Assembly (NCBI GenBank): GCA_028534125.1
Contig: CM052817.1
Coordinates: 27,282,001-27,346,000, forward strand
DNA length: 64,000 nt
Origin: Lama glama
Taxonomy: Eukaryota
Reading direction: 5' to 3'
The translations under genes were made by a program, and so were the position numbers. The stretch's first letter is position 1; every line of letters starts with the position of its first letter. Below the pieces are notes generated by a model that did not search any database, was not told the DNA's origin, and saw nothing but the letters and a program-made list of their open reading frames with translations. Positions 36,245-49,759 of this stretch are shown here, in pieces.

Positions 36245-36600
36245 TTCATTCATTCAACAAGTTTCAAGAATCCACTAAGAGCTGGGAATGCATAAGCTGG
36301 CAAAAGAGACACAATTCCTGCCCTTGATGGGTTTATAATCTACTGGGAAAACAGATAATAATAGTAATGAAACTAATAAATAAGAAAATTATTGCATATG
36401 TTAGATGGTCATAAAATGTTGGGAGGAATGGCTAGAGGTTGTCCTGTTAAATAGAATGAGTGGGTGACCAGTGTAGACCTTCTTGAGAAGGTAATATTTG
36501 AGCAAAAATCTGAAAAAAAGTAAGAAGTTAGTCATGCAACTATGATATTGGGAAAATATTGTGATGTGCAGAGATAACAGCCAGTATCAATATCTCTAAG
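36245..36600 (-). mobile_element. L2 LINE 3' region
   Basis: tcattcattcaacaa…caattcctgcccttgatgggtttataatctactggg…gagaaggtaatatttgagcaaaaatctgaa. Confidence 0.75.
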
Positions 36601-36649
36601 TCTAGTTTTTTATCATGAACTCTGCTGCCTACTAGCCTGTAATACTACT

Positions 36650-36860
36650 AGCTAGCATTTTTTGAGTACCCATTGGACTCTTTACATACATTGTTTGGAA
36701 TCTGCCCAGGAAGTAGGTTATATTATCAATCCCCATTTATAGTTGAGGAAACTCGACTCAGATAAATTAAGGAAAGACCCATATGTTAAGTATCAGCTGA
36801 ATGGGATTTGAATCCATATGGCTTTGAACGCTTAACTCCCAAAGCCTGTGCTTTTTCCGC
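36650..36860 (-). mobile_element. MIR SINE
   Basis: atccccatttatagttgaggaaactcgactcaga…gggatttgaatcca. Confidence 0.75.
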
Positions 36861-38055
36861 CTTGCCGTGTGTATCCCCTCATGTATGTGACTTGGTGGGA
36901 ACAGAAGGGAATTACCCTTCTGGTCAAGCAATCTGGGGAGTGGCCTCGGAGCTAGGAGATCAGATTCCAAAAAGGTAAAATTACATCACTCACAACTCTG
37001 CAAAATCTGCCATGGGGTCCACTTTTTCCAGGAAACCTCCCCCTCAACAAGGCAAAATATTTGATCTGATCGTCCAGCTAGGTTAATAGAGCTCCTCAAA
37101 TAACCTATTTACTCCGAAGGCAGTCCTGCATGGAATTCTGTTTATCTTGACTATCTTTAGTGACTCTTGTTGGTGTATATCTCTGATTAGTGATGGCTTG
37201 ACAATCTGGCCACATAATAAACACAGAACTTCTTTGTGCTCTAAAATTGCAAAGTGTATCATCATGTGGGCTGTTATAACATGGTTCTCATTTTTTCCCA
37301 TAGCAACAATATGAGGATGGAGGAGTTGCCTGGTTTATAAGGACTAGGCATCAAGTAGTCACCATGACCAACAGTGGTGGTCATAAAAGCAAAGATAAAT
37401 GTAAAATTATGTTCCAAGCCTATAAAAAGGGTTATATGTGGGAGTCCCATGTGCTATTTAGTGTACTTGTAGCACATTGAAAAAACACAGCTCCACTCTC
37501 TCATACACTTAGAATTTACAAGAGTCTAGGAGAGATGATTTGCAAAACCCAGCTCTCTTTTTAAAAAGATATCCAAGGAAGTTTAAACTCATGCTTTTTC
37601 TTTCAATAAGTAGCCCTAAATCAAACAAAGGCATTAAAACATGTATTTTCTTAAACAATTATAGCTACTTTTTGTGTGTGTGTCTATAAATAAAATGATG
37701 TTCTAAATCCTTAATAAAATGTGACCGGCTGAGCAGAACCAGTACAATTTTAGTCACCAAGGTGCTAAAACATGTGGAAGTTAAAAGTGTTGAGGAAAAC
37801 TTGACTTAGTAGAGTTGTCTCCAGGCACTGTGTGCTTGGAAGGGATCCTCGGATAAGCCCCACTGGGTGAAGGTGGCAAATTGAAACCCCAAGACAGTGT
37901 CTAAACTACGCCGCAATAAGGTTGAGTCAAGAGTGTGAGGGTTTTATGGGGGCTTCAGTTGTGAGCCTAAAATCTGAATAGAAATACTGAAGAGCTGAAC
38001 TTGGCACCAGCACAGCCCCTTTTTCTAACCCTCCCCATGCTGAACTTGATGTCTC

Positions 38056-38543
38056 TGTCAACTGAAATAAAGTGCACAACCTTAAAGTTGAGAGTTATGT
38101 TTTATTTGGTGGATTTTCTTAGGACTCAGATCCCTCTAAGAAGCTGTTCTAAAGTGGCAATGTAGAAGCCAGGATATTTGGGTTTTTGCAACAAAGATCA
38201 GGTAGCCGGAAATCAAAAGGTTATTGTTAATTAAAGAAAACCAGACATCTCAGTTAAGGAATTTAGTGCTTTTCTATGTATGGGAAGGTGCAAAGGTCTG
38301 GGCTCATTAAAGTCATTCCTTTGATATGCACCTGGCTACCTAGGGCCAGCATCCTGTGCTTTCACATCCTGAGTTCCCTCAGGGGGCACCACTGGCGTTG
38401 GCGGTGGCTGCAGAGGCGGGGCTGCCTGCTTGTCTGCAGTTTGAGTTCCCTCTGCTCATCATCAGGGGAGTGATGGAGCTGATGACTTGATGGCCGCAGC
38501 ATCCTTTGTTTACTGATATGACTGGCAATATTTTTCATTCACA
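38056..38543 (-). mobile_element. ERV1-class solo LTR
   Basis: TG…CA ends (tgtcaactgaa…ttcattcaca), near-TSD TCTC/TCCC, minus-strand AATAAA at 38101-38106. Confidence 0.8.
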
Positions 38544-39839
38544 TCCCCTAAAAAATTGATGTTCAACAGATAGGTTCTAAGGTTGCAGATTCTTATTTAA
38601 CCTGACTATGGTGCCCACGTGTGCCACCCTGATGTTTTGAGTTCCTTAAGGATGCCTCACAGCCCTCAAGTTTATTTAAAGATTTAAGAATAGCTGCTGC
38701 ATACACATGGACCAAATAAAAGCATCCCATAAGCAGTATGTGCATAAAGGGCACATTTCACTCGTCTTGGAAGAGTCATAAAAAATGAATACCCAACATT
38801 TGAAAAATAAAAGGGCTTCAAAATTCATCTCTCAGAGTTGTAAAAGCAGGAATGAGACAGCACTGTCCCGCCTTCCATCTTCTGGGAATTCCCTAGAAAA
38901 AGAGGGAATGGGGCTTAGGTGGGTGTCAGATGAGCCATCGGCTGAGTAAATGGCAGTGATTTCTGGTTAGGCTCCTTCCCAGTTCAGATTCTTGTACTGG
39001 TTTCATTCTCAGCCAAGATACAATCCATATTCTTTCCCCAAGTCTTTTCCCAGCCCCATTTCCTGCCCCCTCATTCCTACTGCCCCCACCATCCAGTACC
39101 CCTCTTTCTTCAGAGAAGCGGCCAAGCTGAAGTCATGTTGGAGATGCAGCTCACATCCTCTCTCTGAAGCCCCCTGATGGGTGCTTCCAGCTGGGTTCCC
39201 ACACCCCTTTCACAGAGCTCGACAAGGGCGTCAACTACATTTTATTTAGGAAAGGTGTGTTTGTATTTCTCCTTCTTGAGACAGTAAATTCTGTGGAATT
39301 TAGGGACCATTTTCTGTCAATCCTTTCAGTTCATGGCATAATTTTAGCTCATGGGCGATTGAATTAATGTCATAAAGGCTGTAAAGAGGTGGCTTCCTAT
39401 ATATAATCTCAATGCAAGCATCACTTCTTTCTTTATTAAAATTATTGGCTTTTTGAATGTTAACACTCATTTCAGCAAACATGTCGTTGTCATCCAGAAT
39501 CATGATAAACGCTGATTTACTAATTCAGAAATTTAGGTTTATCACATGCATTTTGATTTTTTGGTTGGTTGGTTTATTTTGTACTCCCCCCCCCACAAAA
39601 GCATCTTTTTTGTAGCTGAAGAAAGGTAGATCTTCAGTCGAGTTTGGCAGGTTAGTCCTGCAGGGCAGGGAGAGGGTACAACAGTATGTGCTGGAAGACA
39701 GGATTAAAAAATTTTTTTAATTTGTCTTAAATACAATCCTCTAAGAATAGCAAGTTTTTTAAGTAAAATACTCTTGCTGTCGTTGCCACTAAAACACTAA
39801 AACATAAGGAAAATAAATCACAAGTCCAGCTTCAAATCT

Positions 39840-41410
39840 TACAGAAGCACCTTCACCTTCCTTCCTCTCTGTCTCAGGTGTTCCTTGGAGCCTGTGTCCT
39901 GTTCTTCTTCCCCTAATCCTGTCTTGATGCCACTGCTTCCAGAATCTTCCTGGACCAGGCCCCCCACTTAAGCCCATCTCGCTCACATTTTCCGTCCCTC
40001 ACCTCGCCACCAGCTCCTTCCTTTCAGTCTACACACCTACGCAGTGCCTTCTTACTGCTAACTCCCCGTTTTCCTGAACCCAGCTACATCCTTCTCCATC
40101 CTCCTCTTCAGGGACAAACCTGTTGCAAAAATATTCTACATTTACACCATCCATTTCCACAGCCTCTCCTCACATCTTAACCCTTTACTGATTTCCATCT
40201 CTAACCTGGGTTAAACCTACTCTCTGAGTCACCAGAGGTCACCAGCTACCTTCCACATGATCGATACTATTGATCCACCCCTGCCTGAAACTACCTTTCT
40301 TCTTGATGGCGTGATGCTGCANNNNNNNNNNNNNNNNNNNNNNNNNNNNNNNNNNNNNNNNNNNNNNNNNNNNNNNNNNNNNNNNNNNNNNNNNNNNNNN
40401 NNNNNNNNNNNNNNNNNNNNNNNNNNNNNNNNNNNNNNNNNNNNNNNNNNNNNNNNNNNNNNNNNNNNNNNNNNNNNNNNNNNNNNNNNNNNNNNNNNNN
40501 NNNNNNNNNNNNNNNNNNNNNNNNNNNNNNNNNNNNNNNNNNNNNNNNNNNNNNNNNNNNNNNNNNNNNNNNNNNNNNNNNNNNNNNNNNNNNNNNNNNN
40601 NNNNNNNNNNNNNNNNNNNNNNNNNNNNNNNNNNNNNNNNNNNNNNNNNNNNNNNNNNNNNNNNNNNNNNNNNNNNNNNNNNNNNNNNNNNNNNNNNNNN
40701 NNNNNNNNNNNNNNNNNNNNNNNNNNNNNNNNNNNNNNNNNNNNNNNNNNNNNNNNNNNNNNNNNNNNNNNNNNNNNNNNNNNNNNNNNNNNNNNNNNNN
40801 NNNNNNNNNNNNNNNNNNNNNCTCCTCGTTCTCCCTTACGGTCTTTTCATGGCCCTGACCCCGCCCAGTGCAGGCACTTCCTCAGGTCTGTCCTTGGTCC
40901 TTTCCACCTCTCTCTACCTCATTTCCCTCGACAATCCTACTTCCTCCCTTCATTTGAGCCATTGTCTGTATACGTGCCGAGGTCCCAGGTCCATATGCCA
41001 GGAACTCCGCAGGACAGGCAGTCCCAACCTCTCTCCAGGGCTTTGTCTCCTTCTTTCTTGTGTTACGGACAATTGCTCAATTTCATCCCGTCAAAAACAT
41101 AACTGATCTCTACCTCAGCATGCCTTATTTCCCTTAATAATCAATTTCCCTTAATAGCCACACCGTCTTTCCATCCATCGTGCTTGAAGGCGTTTCTAAC
41201 ACCCACCCTTACCTCCAGGCATTCCAGGGTCCTGTAAATTCCACCCAAGTCCTCCCTCTCACATCCATCATCTCTTCCTTCCTGTTCCTTCTGGCCTTCG
41301 TCAGAGCTCTTGTCACACAGTGGGGGTCATGTTACTCTCTTGCTCCTTCAGAACAATATCGAAAGACTTCAAATTCCTTAAATTCCTTTACAAGGCTTTC
41401 AAGACCGCTC
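39840..41410 (+). mobile_element. L2 LINE fragments spanning an assembly gap
   Basis: Pyrimidine-rich L2-like sequence: ttgatccacccctgcctgaaac, ctcaggtctgtccttggtcc, caaattccttaaattcctttacaaggc. Confidence 0.6.
40322..40821. other. Assembly gap (N run)
   Basis: 500 N. Confidence 1.
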
Positions 41411-43679
41411 GGGTTTGACTATAATTTATCTTGTATAATTATAAGATCACAAGGGAAGGCAACACCCTGTTAATGATAAAAGTCCAGGCTTCTGAGGCAT
41501 ATGGACATGAACAAAAATGTCGGTCCTCCCCTCCTTCAAATCGAGTTGCCCCCCCCCCCCAGCTTCATCCTCATTCCTTCCCTCTCTGTTGTCTTTCCTG
41601 GGTTTGAGTACAAAGCCAGTATGACTCTTTTCCACGCCAGGATATTCCAGATCCATGAGAAGACCCAAGCGGTCGGATCTGTAGAAGTTTCCAGGCTCTT
41701 CATGACCCTGTATTGCTTAACCCAGCCAACCGAAAGGCAAAAGGAAAAGAAACAATACTGTCTGAATGTGTATTTAAACCCTTTGTAAATTATTCTCCCT
41801 TCCTGCCTCTCTGGCACAGAAATGCCGTACTAAAATCTGGTCTTGCTTCCTTAGCTGCATTTTCTCTTTTCAGCGCTGCATGGCTTTCTCTGTAGGTGTT
41901 AGAAAGTCTGGATTCCAATTAACTTTGCTGCTGATTGCTCGGTAAATCTTGGTGAGTCAGGGCTGGTTCGTAAATGATGATGAAAATTGGAAAGTTCTTT
42001 GAGCATGGCGATGCATGAGCAGAATACAGATCAACTAATTAGGAAGGAGAGTCGCTGCACTTGTAGGTGTGGTTTTGAGGAGACGCCTGTAAACAAATAT
42101 GGGGCTTTCAAGACTGGTTTATTGTTTATCCAGGGGGAGTTTGTCTGCTTTATCCTGTACTGCCAAACCAGCCTGCAACATTTTCTAAATCTCTCTTAAT
42201 CTTAAATTCATATTCTTGGGTATTCAAATATGGAACAAGCATCATGAGAAAAACCCAAAGAAATGGATATTCTTCAAAAATGCCACTGACATTGATTAAC
42301 TAAGCTCCTACCAGGAATTTGATCAACAAGAGACTGAAGGCATAGCAGGATGGGAAAAGTACCCAGCAATTCTCCTAATTATACAGTGAAGAAACAGAAG
42401 GATGTCACAAGAGCATGCACTTCAACAAACATTTGCTTGAAATGGTATTTAAGAATCCTCAGAAATCTCCTCAAAGGCCTCTGAAAAGCCTTCTGTCTAG
42501 AGAAAATTCTGATTATAAAACATTTTCTGCACATCTCACCCTCCTTTACAGGCAGTGTTGTGATTGCTGTGGGCTTGGGGTTTCACTTTGCTTTTGCTTC
42601 TGTTGGGAGCCTCTGAGCAGCGTTGGAGAGCAGTCAGAGCGACCTTGCCCTTTGCAGGTGCTGCGGCAGTAGGTGGGGCCCGAGCGAGCCGGAGTCCGGC
42701 CTCACTTCTTTTGAAAAGGAGGCCCTCGGACCTCCCCTCCACTTGGCATACTGACTAATAAACCACTTCCTCACTTTTTTGTTGGAACTTTCCACCAACT
42801 CTTTGCTTCCCTTTAAAAACATTCTTATCTCCCCATGGGTTGAGGGTTCAGTGTGTGTGGGGAGTTTTCTCCTTGTCGACGTGAGGAGGGCCATCAGCCT
42901 TTCGGAGTTGTTATTTAGCTATCCTTTGTCCCCAGTGCCATTCAGAGAATGTCAGTTAGCAAAGTTTCTATTCAGAAGTGAAAAGGAAAGAGGCAATGTC
43001 AATAAATATGGTAGCAGGATAACAGTTTTGGTGAAATGCTTAACTAGAAGTTGTTTTTTTTTTCCCACCAGTCATGAACATTAGCTTGGGTTCAGTCATC
43101 CTGTCCTAAAGTAAATTAATTTAGCTGTTAAATAAATCATGTAATTAGATAGCCACATCTCTAGCACATTTTAAGGTGATTAGCCCTAGTATCTAGACCA
43201 GGGATATGTCACTGTGGCCGTTATTTATTGGTGTGGAAGCAATTTTTAAAAAGTTCGGACTAGAGTCTGAAAGTAAGTGTTGATCTATTCTGTGGGGCTA
43301 AGGGTTTAACAGAATTACCTTCTTATTAGATTGATGTTTGAATATCTGTACCAGGGAGGAAATATTGCTCTCACTGGGCCGCTGTGTTGGGGGCGCTGGT
43401 TCCTGCTTTCCCTTTTACCAGAACTGACAGACTTTTTTTTATAGAAGAAGTGTTCAAATGACATGGTGATGATATAACACTGGCAGAGTATTCTAAAAGG
43501 GTTTACTCCCCCAATTTTAGCATTCTTAACTAGAATAAATTCAGCCACACCAAATTCTATTGAGAAATGGATATTTTTTTCCTCTCCAAATGGAACCCTG
43601 GAAAGAACTGTCTTGTAAAGTTCAAACACTGTTTAAGTTGGGCAGGTTCATCTTTACCTTCAGAAGTTGAAGGCTTATG

Positions 43680-43915
43680 GCTTGAACTGTGGACTGTAGA
43701 GACCTTGGATCAAATCTCAGTGCTGTCACCTGTCATAGTGTGCAACTCGCTGAACGCTCTGTGTCTTTGATCCTCAAAACTGAGTGGCAATACATGTGGG
43801 GATTGTTGAATGAATAAAAGATGATATCCATGAAGTGGCCAGCACTGTGTGCACTTGTTGGCCTGGTGTCCACACTCTGTGTATGTTATTCTTTAGAGAC
43901 ATACCTGGCGCATAG
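43680..43915 (+). mobile_element. MIR SINE
   Basis: ggatcaaatctcagtgctgtcac…ctctgtgtctttgatcctcaaaactg…gggattgttg. Confidence 0.55.
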
Positions 43916-44479
43916 ATAATCAGAGCCCCACAAACAGCTTGTAAAGTGAAGGGACTATCTTCCAAATTCAAGCATCCAGGCCAGATATTTTCAAGTGGAT
44001 TTTAATATTTTTCCCATATAAAGGGACAGAATTAAATTACCCTTAGTGATAGGTACCAAGAAACAGAGCGAATTTCTTTTCTCCATCGTCCTGAGACATT
44101 AACTGAGACATTCTGGGGAAGGAGATTCTGGGAGATCCAATAAGCCAATGGCTTGAAAAGCAGCTGTACTTTAAAGAACAGTGTCTCCCTCTCATCCTGC
44201 AGGAATGCACCAGCATTGCTTGTGAATGCTTTGCACACCTCCAAGTCAGGTTTAATCTGTGACAGTCTTCCTCAGACTGTTCAGGTATCATCAGATTTTA
44301 TTACTTAAGTCCTGAGATACCTGTGTGAGAGTTGAAAACAGAAGACTTACTTTTTGCCTACTTCCTCATTCTCCTAACAACAACCAGAAACTTTTCCATC
44401 AAAGTCTTGCTGCCAGATCCCTCAAGATCAGGAGTGCTGGACTCCTTAGCAACTCCCATCACTCCATCCTGGAGTGGGA

Positions 44480-44830
44480 GGACCTTTGGCACTGTGTTCA
44501 TACTCTGCTTTACAAGTGAGGAAATGGTGGAGCAGGAAACGGTGGACTTACTCCAGGTCCTTCAAGTAGCAAATAATAAAACAAGAGCTAACATTATACC
44601 GAGTGATCATTCACAGGCCAAAAGCTCTCTTAACTCCTTTATTTATTATACTTACTTCTCATAACAAGCCTTTTCTCTCTAATAATATTATAGATAAATT
44701 ATTATCCCCATTTTACAGATGAGACAAGGAGCATGGAGAGGTGAGGTAACTCCTCCAGGATGGTAGACGTCAGATTAGAACTCAGGCAGCTGACACCAGG
44801 GGCTTCTCTCACTCTTGGTTCTGCTGCAGA
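44480..44830 (-). mobile_element. Two MIR fragments
   Basis: tttacaagtgaggaaatgg and attatccccattttacagatgag…ttagaactcaggcagctgac. Confidence 0.7.
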
Positions 44831-45864
44831 ACTGGGGATAGAACTCAGATCGAGGTTGTTTCCAACTTTCCTTAGCGAGGACCCCTAGTTCCTACCTGAG
44901 CCTTATTGCTCAAGGGTCATTCTAATGAAAAGTAAAGGTCTGCTTTTTTGCAGTTTGGGAAATATTTATCGAGTACATAATATGGTTAAAGGTCTGTGCT
45001 AGGTCCTGTGGGGGAGTACCGAGGGATGATCCCTGCTTTGTCTGCAAAGAAATTAATTCTAGTCCTGCAACTTCACCGTGACTCGAATAGAATTAGCATG
45101 ACTGATGTCAGTTTTCACTATAAACCATTCCTTAGGAAACCTGAATTACTTGGACAAGGGTAAATTGTTTCTATTAAAAACAAATAAAAGACGAATATAT
45201 GAATGAAGACTGTCCCCAAGTTGGAGCTTGGGTAAGCGGTGAAAGTGGCTTGACTGTGCCTCAGGGTTGTGTGAGTTTGCAATGACTTTGTTTTCAAGTT
45301 GTCACCATTCTGTTCTAAGTGAGGACCAGCCATTTAAGCTAAGACTTCCTTGGTTTATGCCTTGTGATTTGATTGCTCTCCACCATGGTTGACATCTTAG
45401 GAAAGAAGGTTGAAAATAACTTAACTCCCAGGAGAGATTTAGCTACTTCTGTAATTTTGTTCTTCAAGCTGGTATTTGTCTTGTGTCTGTTTTCATTATT
45501 TTAAATAGTCTTATGGTTTTCAGAATCTCCCTATTCTCATAGTAAAAAAATACCATTTAACTTTTATATCTTTCACAAAAAAGAATTCCGTGATGTTTTA
45601 CAAGGTCCATGTATCTGTTACCACTAGTATGCTTGGAATAGTAAACAGATCTCCAAATCCCAGATAAGCAACACTGAGAAAGGGAGAAACAGGCGTTTTG
45701 GCTCTCATTCCTGAGACTGGAGTCATGACATGTGCAGTGGGAGCTTAGGAATCAGAGTGTCTTTCCAGCACTGCCTGTGCTGTCTGACTCTGGACCAGAG
45801 TAGGTGTCACGTTCCCACTTGTCTCGCCACACTCTCATGACATCCAAGATGATGGTGACAACAA

Positions 45865-46080
45865 CTACAAATGACTAACATTTGGGGAGATGCACTGTGT
45901 ACCAGGCACAACACTATGTTCTTGGGAATTTCTTATTTAATCCTCATAAGAGTATATGTACATACTCTTATCCTTCTTTCACAGTTAAGGAAACTCGTCC
46001 AAGGTCACAAAATTAGTAAGACGGAGCTAGGATTCAAACAACGTCTGTCTCATTCCATCCCTGAATTCTTAACCACCAAA
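45865..46080 (-). mobile_element. MIR SINE
   Basis: cttatttaatcctcataag…ttcacagttaaggaaact…caaggtcacaaa…ggattcaaac. Confidence 0.75.
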
Positions 46081-46659
46081 GTAGGGGTTCCTGGGGGAGA
46101 GGACATGAAGGGTCATGTCACATGGATGCGAGGCTTTGAATGTGGGGAAGAGAAGACTGAGAAGAGACGTGAGGAAGTATCAAAATACTGAAAGACAGTC
46201 AAGTGGAAGACAGCCTGAGCATGATGTAGGCAGTGTCACGGAGGTAGAATTAGAACTGATGAGGAGAAATGGTTGGGAATACCATGTTGGCACAACGTAA
46301 GAGTTTTCTATCACATTCAGAGTTACACAGAGATGAAGTGAAGTGCATCAGAAATCAGTCACTTCCTCATCACAGAAGCCTTTCAAGCCCAGGCTGGACA
46401 GCTCCCCGTTGAGGACTGAACCATTGTCAGTCCTACAACTCTTTAATTCCAACCAGCAGTGCTCTTAAAAGTGCCCCCGAAGTACCCATCAGGAGAGTTG
46501 CAGAACCTACCTATTCAGACTTCTCTGTTCTTAAATCTGTTCTTCCTTTCATGAGGTCAGGGAACTACCTAGGGCTCTGCTAAATGGTCCATCATGACAC
46601 AGTATGAGACTGACAGGTATGCCCAGGGAGGCAAAAAACAGAACCTGGAGGGTAGGAGT

Positions 46660-46840
46660 GGGACTTGCTGTGTGTGCATGCTGAAGTTGCTAAAACTCTC
46701 TGTGCTTTGGTTTCCTCATATGTTATGTTGTAAATAGGATAATATTATAATGGAGGTGTTTTCAAGATTAATGAGTTAACACATTTAAAGCCCTCAGAAC
46801 AGTACCTGGCATGCTTTGGGTCATCAGTGTTAATGTTCAT
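46660..46840 (+). mobile_element. MIR SINE
   Basis: ctctctgtgctttggtttcctcat…aaagccctcagaacagtacctggca. Confidence 0.7.
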
Positions 46841-46984
46841 TTTATAAACATGATTTACTTTTGACTTTGCTCTCAGATGAATATGTGAAGCATTCATTCA
46901 ATAATAACCATGACAAGATCAACAGTAGCAGCAATAATAGTTATAAGTTATTGTTACAAGCCAGAATTAAATTCCAGAGCCAAC

Positions 46985-47180
46985 ACTTTAAACTGCCTAC
47001 TCGGTGTTGGGTACTAGCTTAAGTGCTGTACTAAATTATCTCATTTATTCCTCAGGAAAACCTGGTAGGTACATTTTATTGCATTTTATAGGTGAGGAAC
47101 CTGGGACTTAGAGAGCTTATGTAGCTTGCCAAGTACATCAGTAAGTGGGAAAGGCATGATTAGAAACCAAATCTTTCTAT
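46985..47180 (-). mobile_element. MIR SINE
   Basis: tctcatttattcctcag…cattttataggtgaggaacctgggacttagagag. Confidence 0.7.
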
Positions 47181-49759
47181 GTTTATCTTTGGACATATTT
47201 CTACCCCTGACTTAGTAATGGCATGTTGAAAAAAACTCTGTAATTAAGTGACATCAAAAATGATTACAAGTTGATTTCGCTTCACAGGTAATGTCTTTAA
47301 GATTTGTGCTCTGACATTCACTTCACATAGGCAGTAAAATGGCATTTGAGAATAAATGGTCAATAGGATTCAGTATTTACAACTAAAAGTGACAGTGAAA
47401 TTACAGACTCACCACAAAGAAAGCATTCCTATTACTTTGCAGTAAATCATGGGCTCTGAAAATAATTTTTTAAGAAAGGTTATTGAGACCCAGCCTTGGC
47501 CTGCTAATGCTACACACTATTTGAAACACCAGAACTGCAGGACAAGAAGAATTTCACAGTCCCTTGAAATGGGGTGTCATGGAATTCGACCCATACGGAC
47601 ACTGAGTTTGTGTATTCAAAACTGTGGTGACATAATGTTCTACTTATTTTTGGATCTAAATTTCTTCAAACACCAATGCTAGAAAAATACCCTAAAATGG
47701 ATTATTTCTTCTGGCTTTCCTTCAGAAAGACTGAGTAAGAAAAATATGTTGCTAAAGTGGGCCAAAACGTTGATGAAATGTCTATGGATATTGTAGGATA
47801 TGATCAAATGTAAACTGTCTTCTTTGTCATAAATTAGAGGCAGGCTACAAGCCTAGGTGTTGGCATTTCCTGTGAAGAGTAAGAAACTGGTGAAAGAGGA
47901 TGTTTGACTTTGAAACTGATTGCAAGGACAAACATTTAAAATATTTTCCCAAATTCTAGCTCCATGAGACATGTCATTTACATCCCTGTTCAGGTTACCC
48001 TGCCTGTCTTTGCTCACTAGAAATCTCACTAAATTTTTCTTTTCTTTTCTCTATTTATGTTTGTATTTCCAAGCTTTCATCCTGTTGACCTTCCAGATAA
48101 GGGTGTAATGAAAATCCAAACTGACTATTAGAGAAATGTGCTAAGTAGCTTTAAAAAAAACAATTTTGTGCTTCTTAACATTATACCAAAAAAGGACTTA
48201 TCCACCGAAGGAAAGAGAAAAGAATTGACTATGTAAATGCCTGGACTCAAACCAGCATAGATACTGTCCAATAACTGGTTTTGTTTCTCATGGTTAATCA
48301 TGTCATATCACCTCTTAATCTGTTTGAGAGACGCAGGAGTGAGACAGATAAAGATGCTCACTTTCTGCCGCTAAGAGCTGGGTTGAAAACTGTAACTTGG
48401 GGCTGGCAAGTGTACTTACTACTGTTTCAGCCCTGACTTCGCTAGACTTACCCAGGCTGCCCCAGGGAGAACTCACAGTGCAGACCTCCTCTGCAGTAGC
48501 TGTGCCTGGAAAACATATAGTGTGGAGCAGGAGAGAAAGCATGCTTCTTGCCAGCAGCCGCAGGAAGAGGCTTGGCTGAGAATGCTCTTTCTCCTCCCAG
48601 ACTTGGCACTCAGATAACTCAGGAGCAGGGTGGCAGTAAATGCCCAGGAGTGTTACTCTAATGAACACGAAGCAAAAGAATAGAAGGTCTGCCCTCAATG
48701 ATAAACTATAAAATTAGATGCAGCTGGAATCTAGGACTCTGTTTTTCAGCCCTGACTGAACATATTAATGACAATACATCGTGCTTACAGAGTAGTGTGA
48801 TTCATAGATTCTACATCCCCAGATTCCTAGAGATGGGTTGTCAAGGTAATAAAGAAACTGGGGGCAGTTTCAGAGGTAATGCTACATAAGGACTCCAAAA
48901 ATGGCACTAAAAGGCATTCCTAATCCTGCCTGTGCATCAGATCCACCAGAGGAAGAACCTGTTGATTAGAGCAAAGCCTTGTTCCTCCTTCTCCTCAGAA
49001 AAGGGATTATGCATAAAAGCCCCCACACTCTTGAATCTATCTAGCATTTCTCTCACTGCTGTGACTGAATTTCTCTTCAAGGAGGAAAAGAGAAGATTAG
49101 AAGTCAGCCCCCATTACATGTGGTCGAGAGCACAGAATTAGCCCTGTTTGCAAAATGGTGGTGTGGCGTCAGGTCCCGGGGCAGGATAGCAGGTATCCGT
49201 GTCCCAGCGACTCAGTAACGCACAGCCCTACCCTTGGCAGTGTGCTCTGGGTCCCCCAGGAAACATTAGTTTCAGCTCCATCACTTTGAACGCTGAAAAA
49301 TGGTAAGCCTGCTGGCCCTCACAATTCTGTAGCCATTCCATGCTTTAAACAGTAGCCCCAAAGTGAAGCTCTTACCAGAGACATTCTGGTTATAACTGTA
49401 ACAAAACTTTGTCTCCCAAGAGGTCTGAGTAAGTGATCTCAAAACATGTGGCCCCACCTCTGCTTAATTGCTGCAGAGAGTCTGTGGTTTCTGTGGGAGC
49501 TGCTATACCTGAAGTTTAAGCCTTGCTTTTCTTCTGTTCAGCCCTCTGTTTCTTAGGTGATACAGTTTGCATTCGTGTTGCAGTGGAGCAGACAGAAACT
49601 CTTATTTCTGTTTGCATCTTACGTTTAAGCAGAGGCATTAATTTTGGAGACAGACTGAGTCATGACTTTGGACCTGAGCATCATGGAAAGGAGTTAATTG
49701 TGGCTCAGCATCATACATAAGTGTCCATTCTCTGGGCATCTTATGACGTAAAGATGTCC

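Noticed and set aside
37083..37301. ORF with CLLC resembling a hAT transposase zinc finger
   Set aside because: Only a CxxC-level resemblance; no TIRs or further transposase motifs seen.
38056..38543. MER41-type interferon-inducible LTR enhancer
   Set aside because: Does not resemble the MER41 consensus I recall, and I saw no clear TTCNNNGAA site.
40257..41102. 281-aa ORF (also the 218-aa ORF at 57622-58278)
   Set aside because: The length comes from translating through N gaps.
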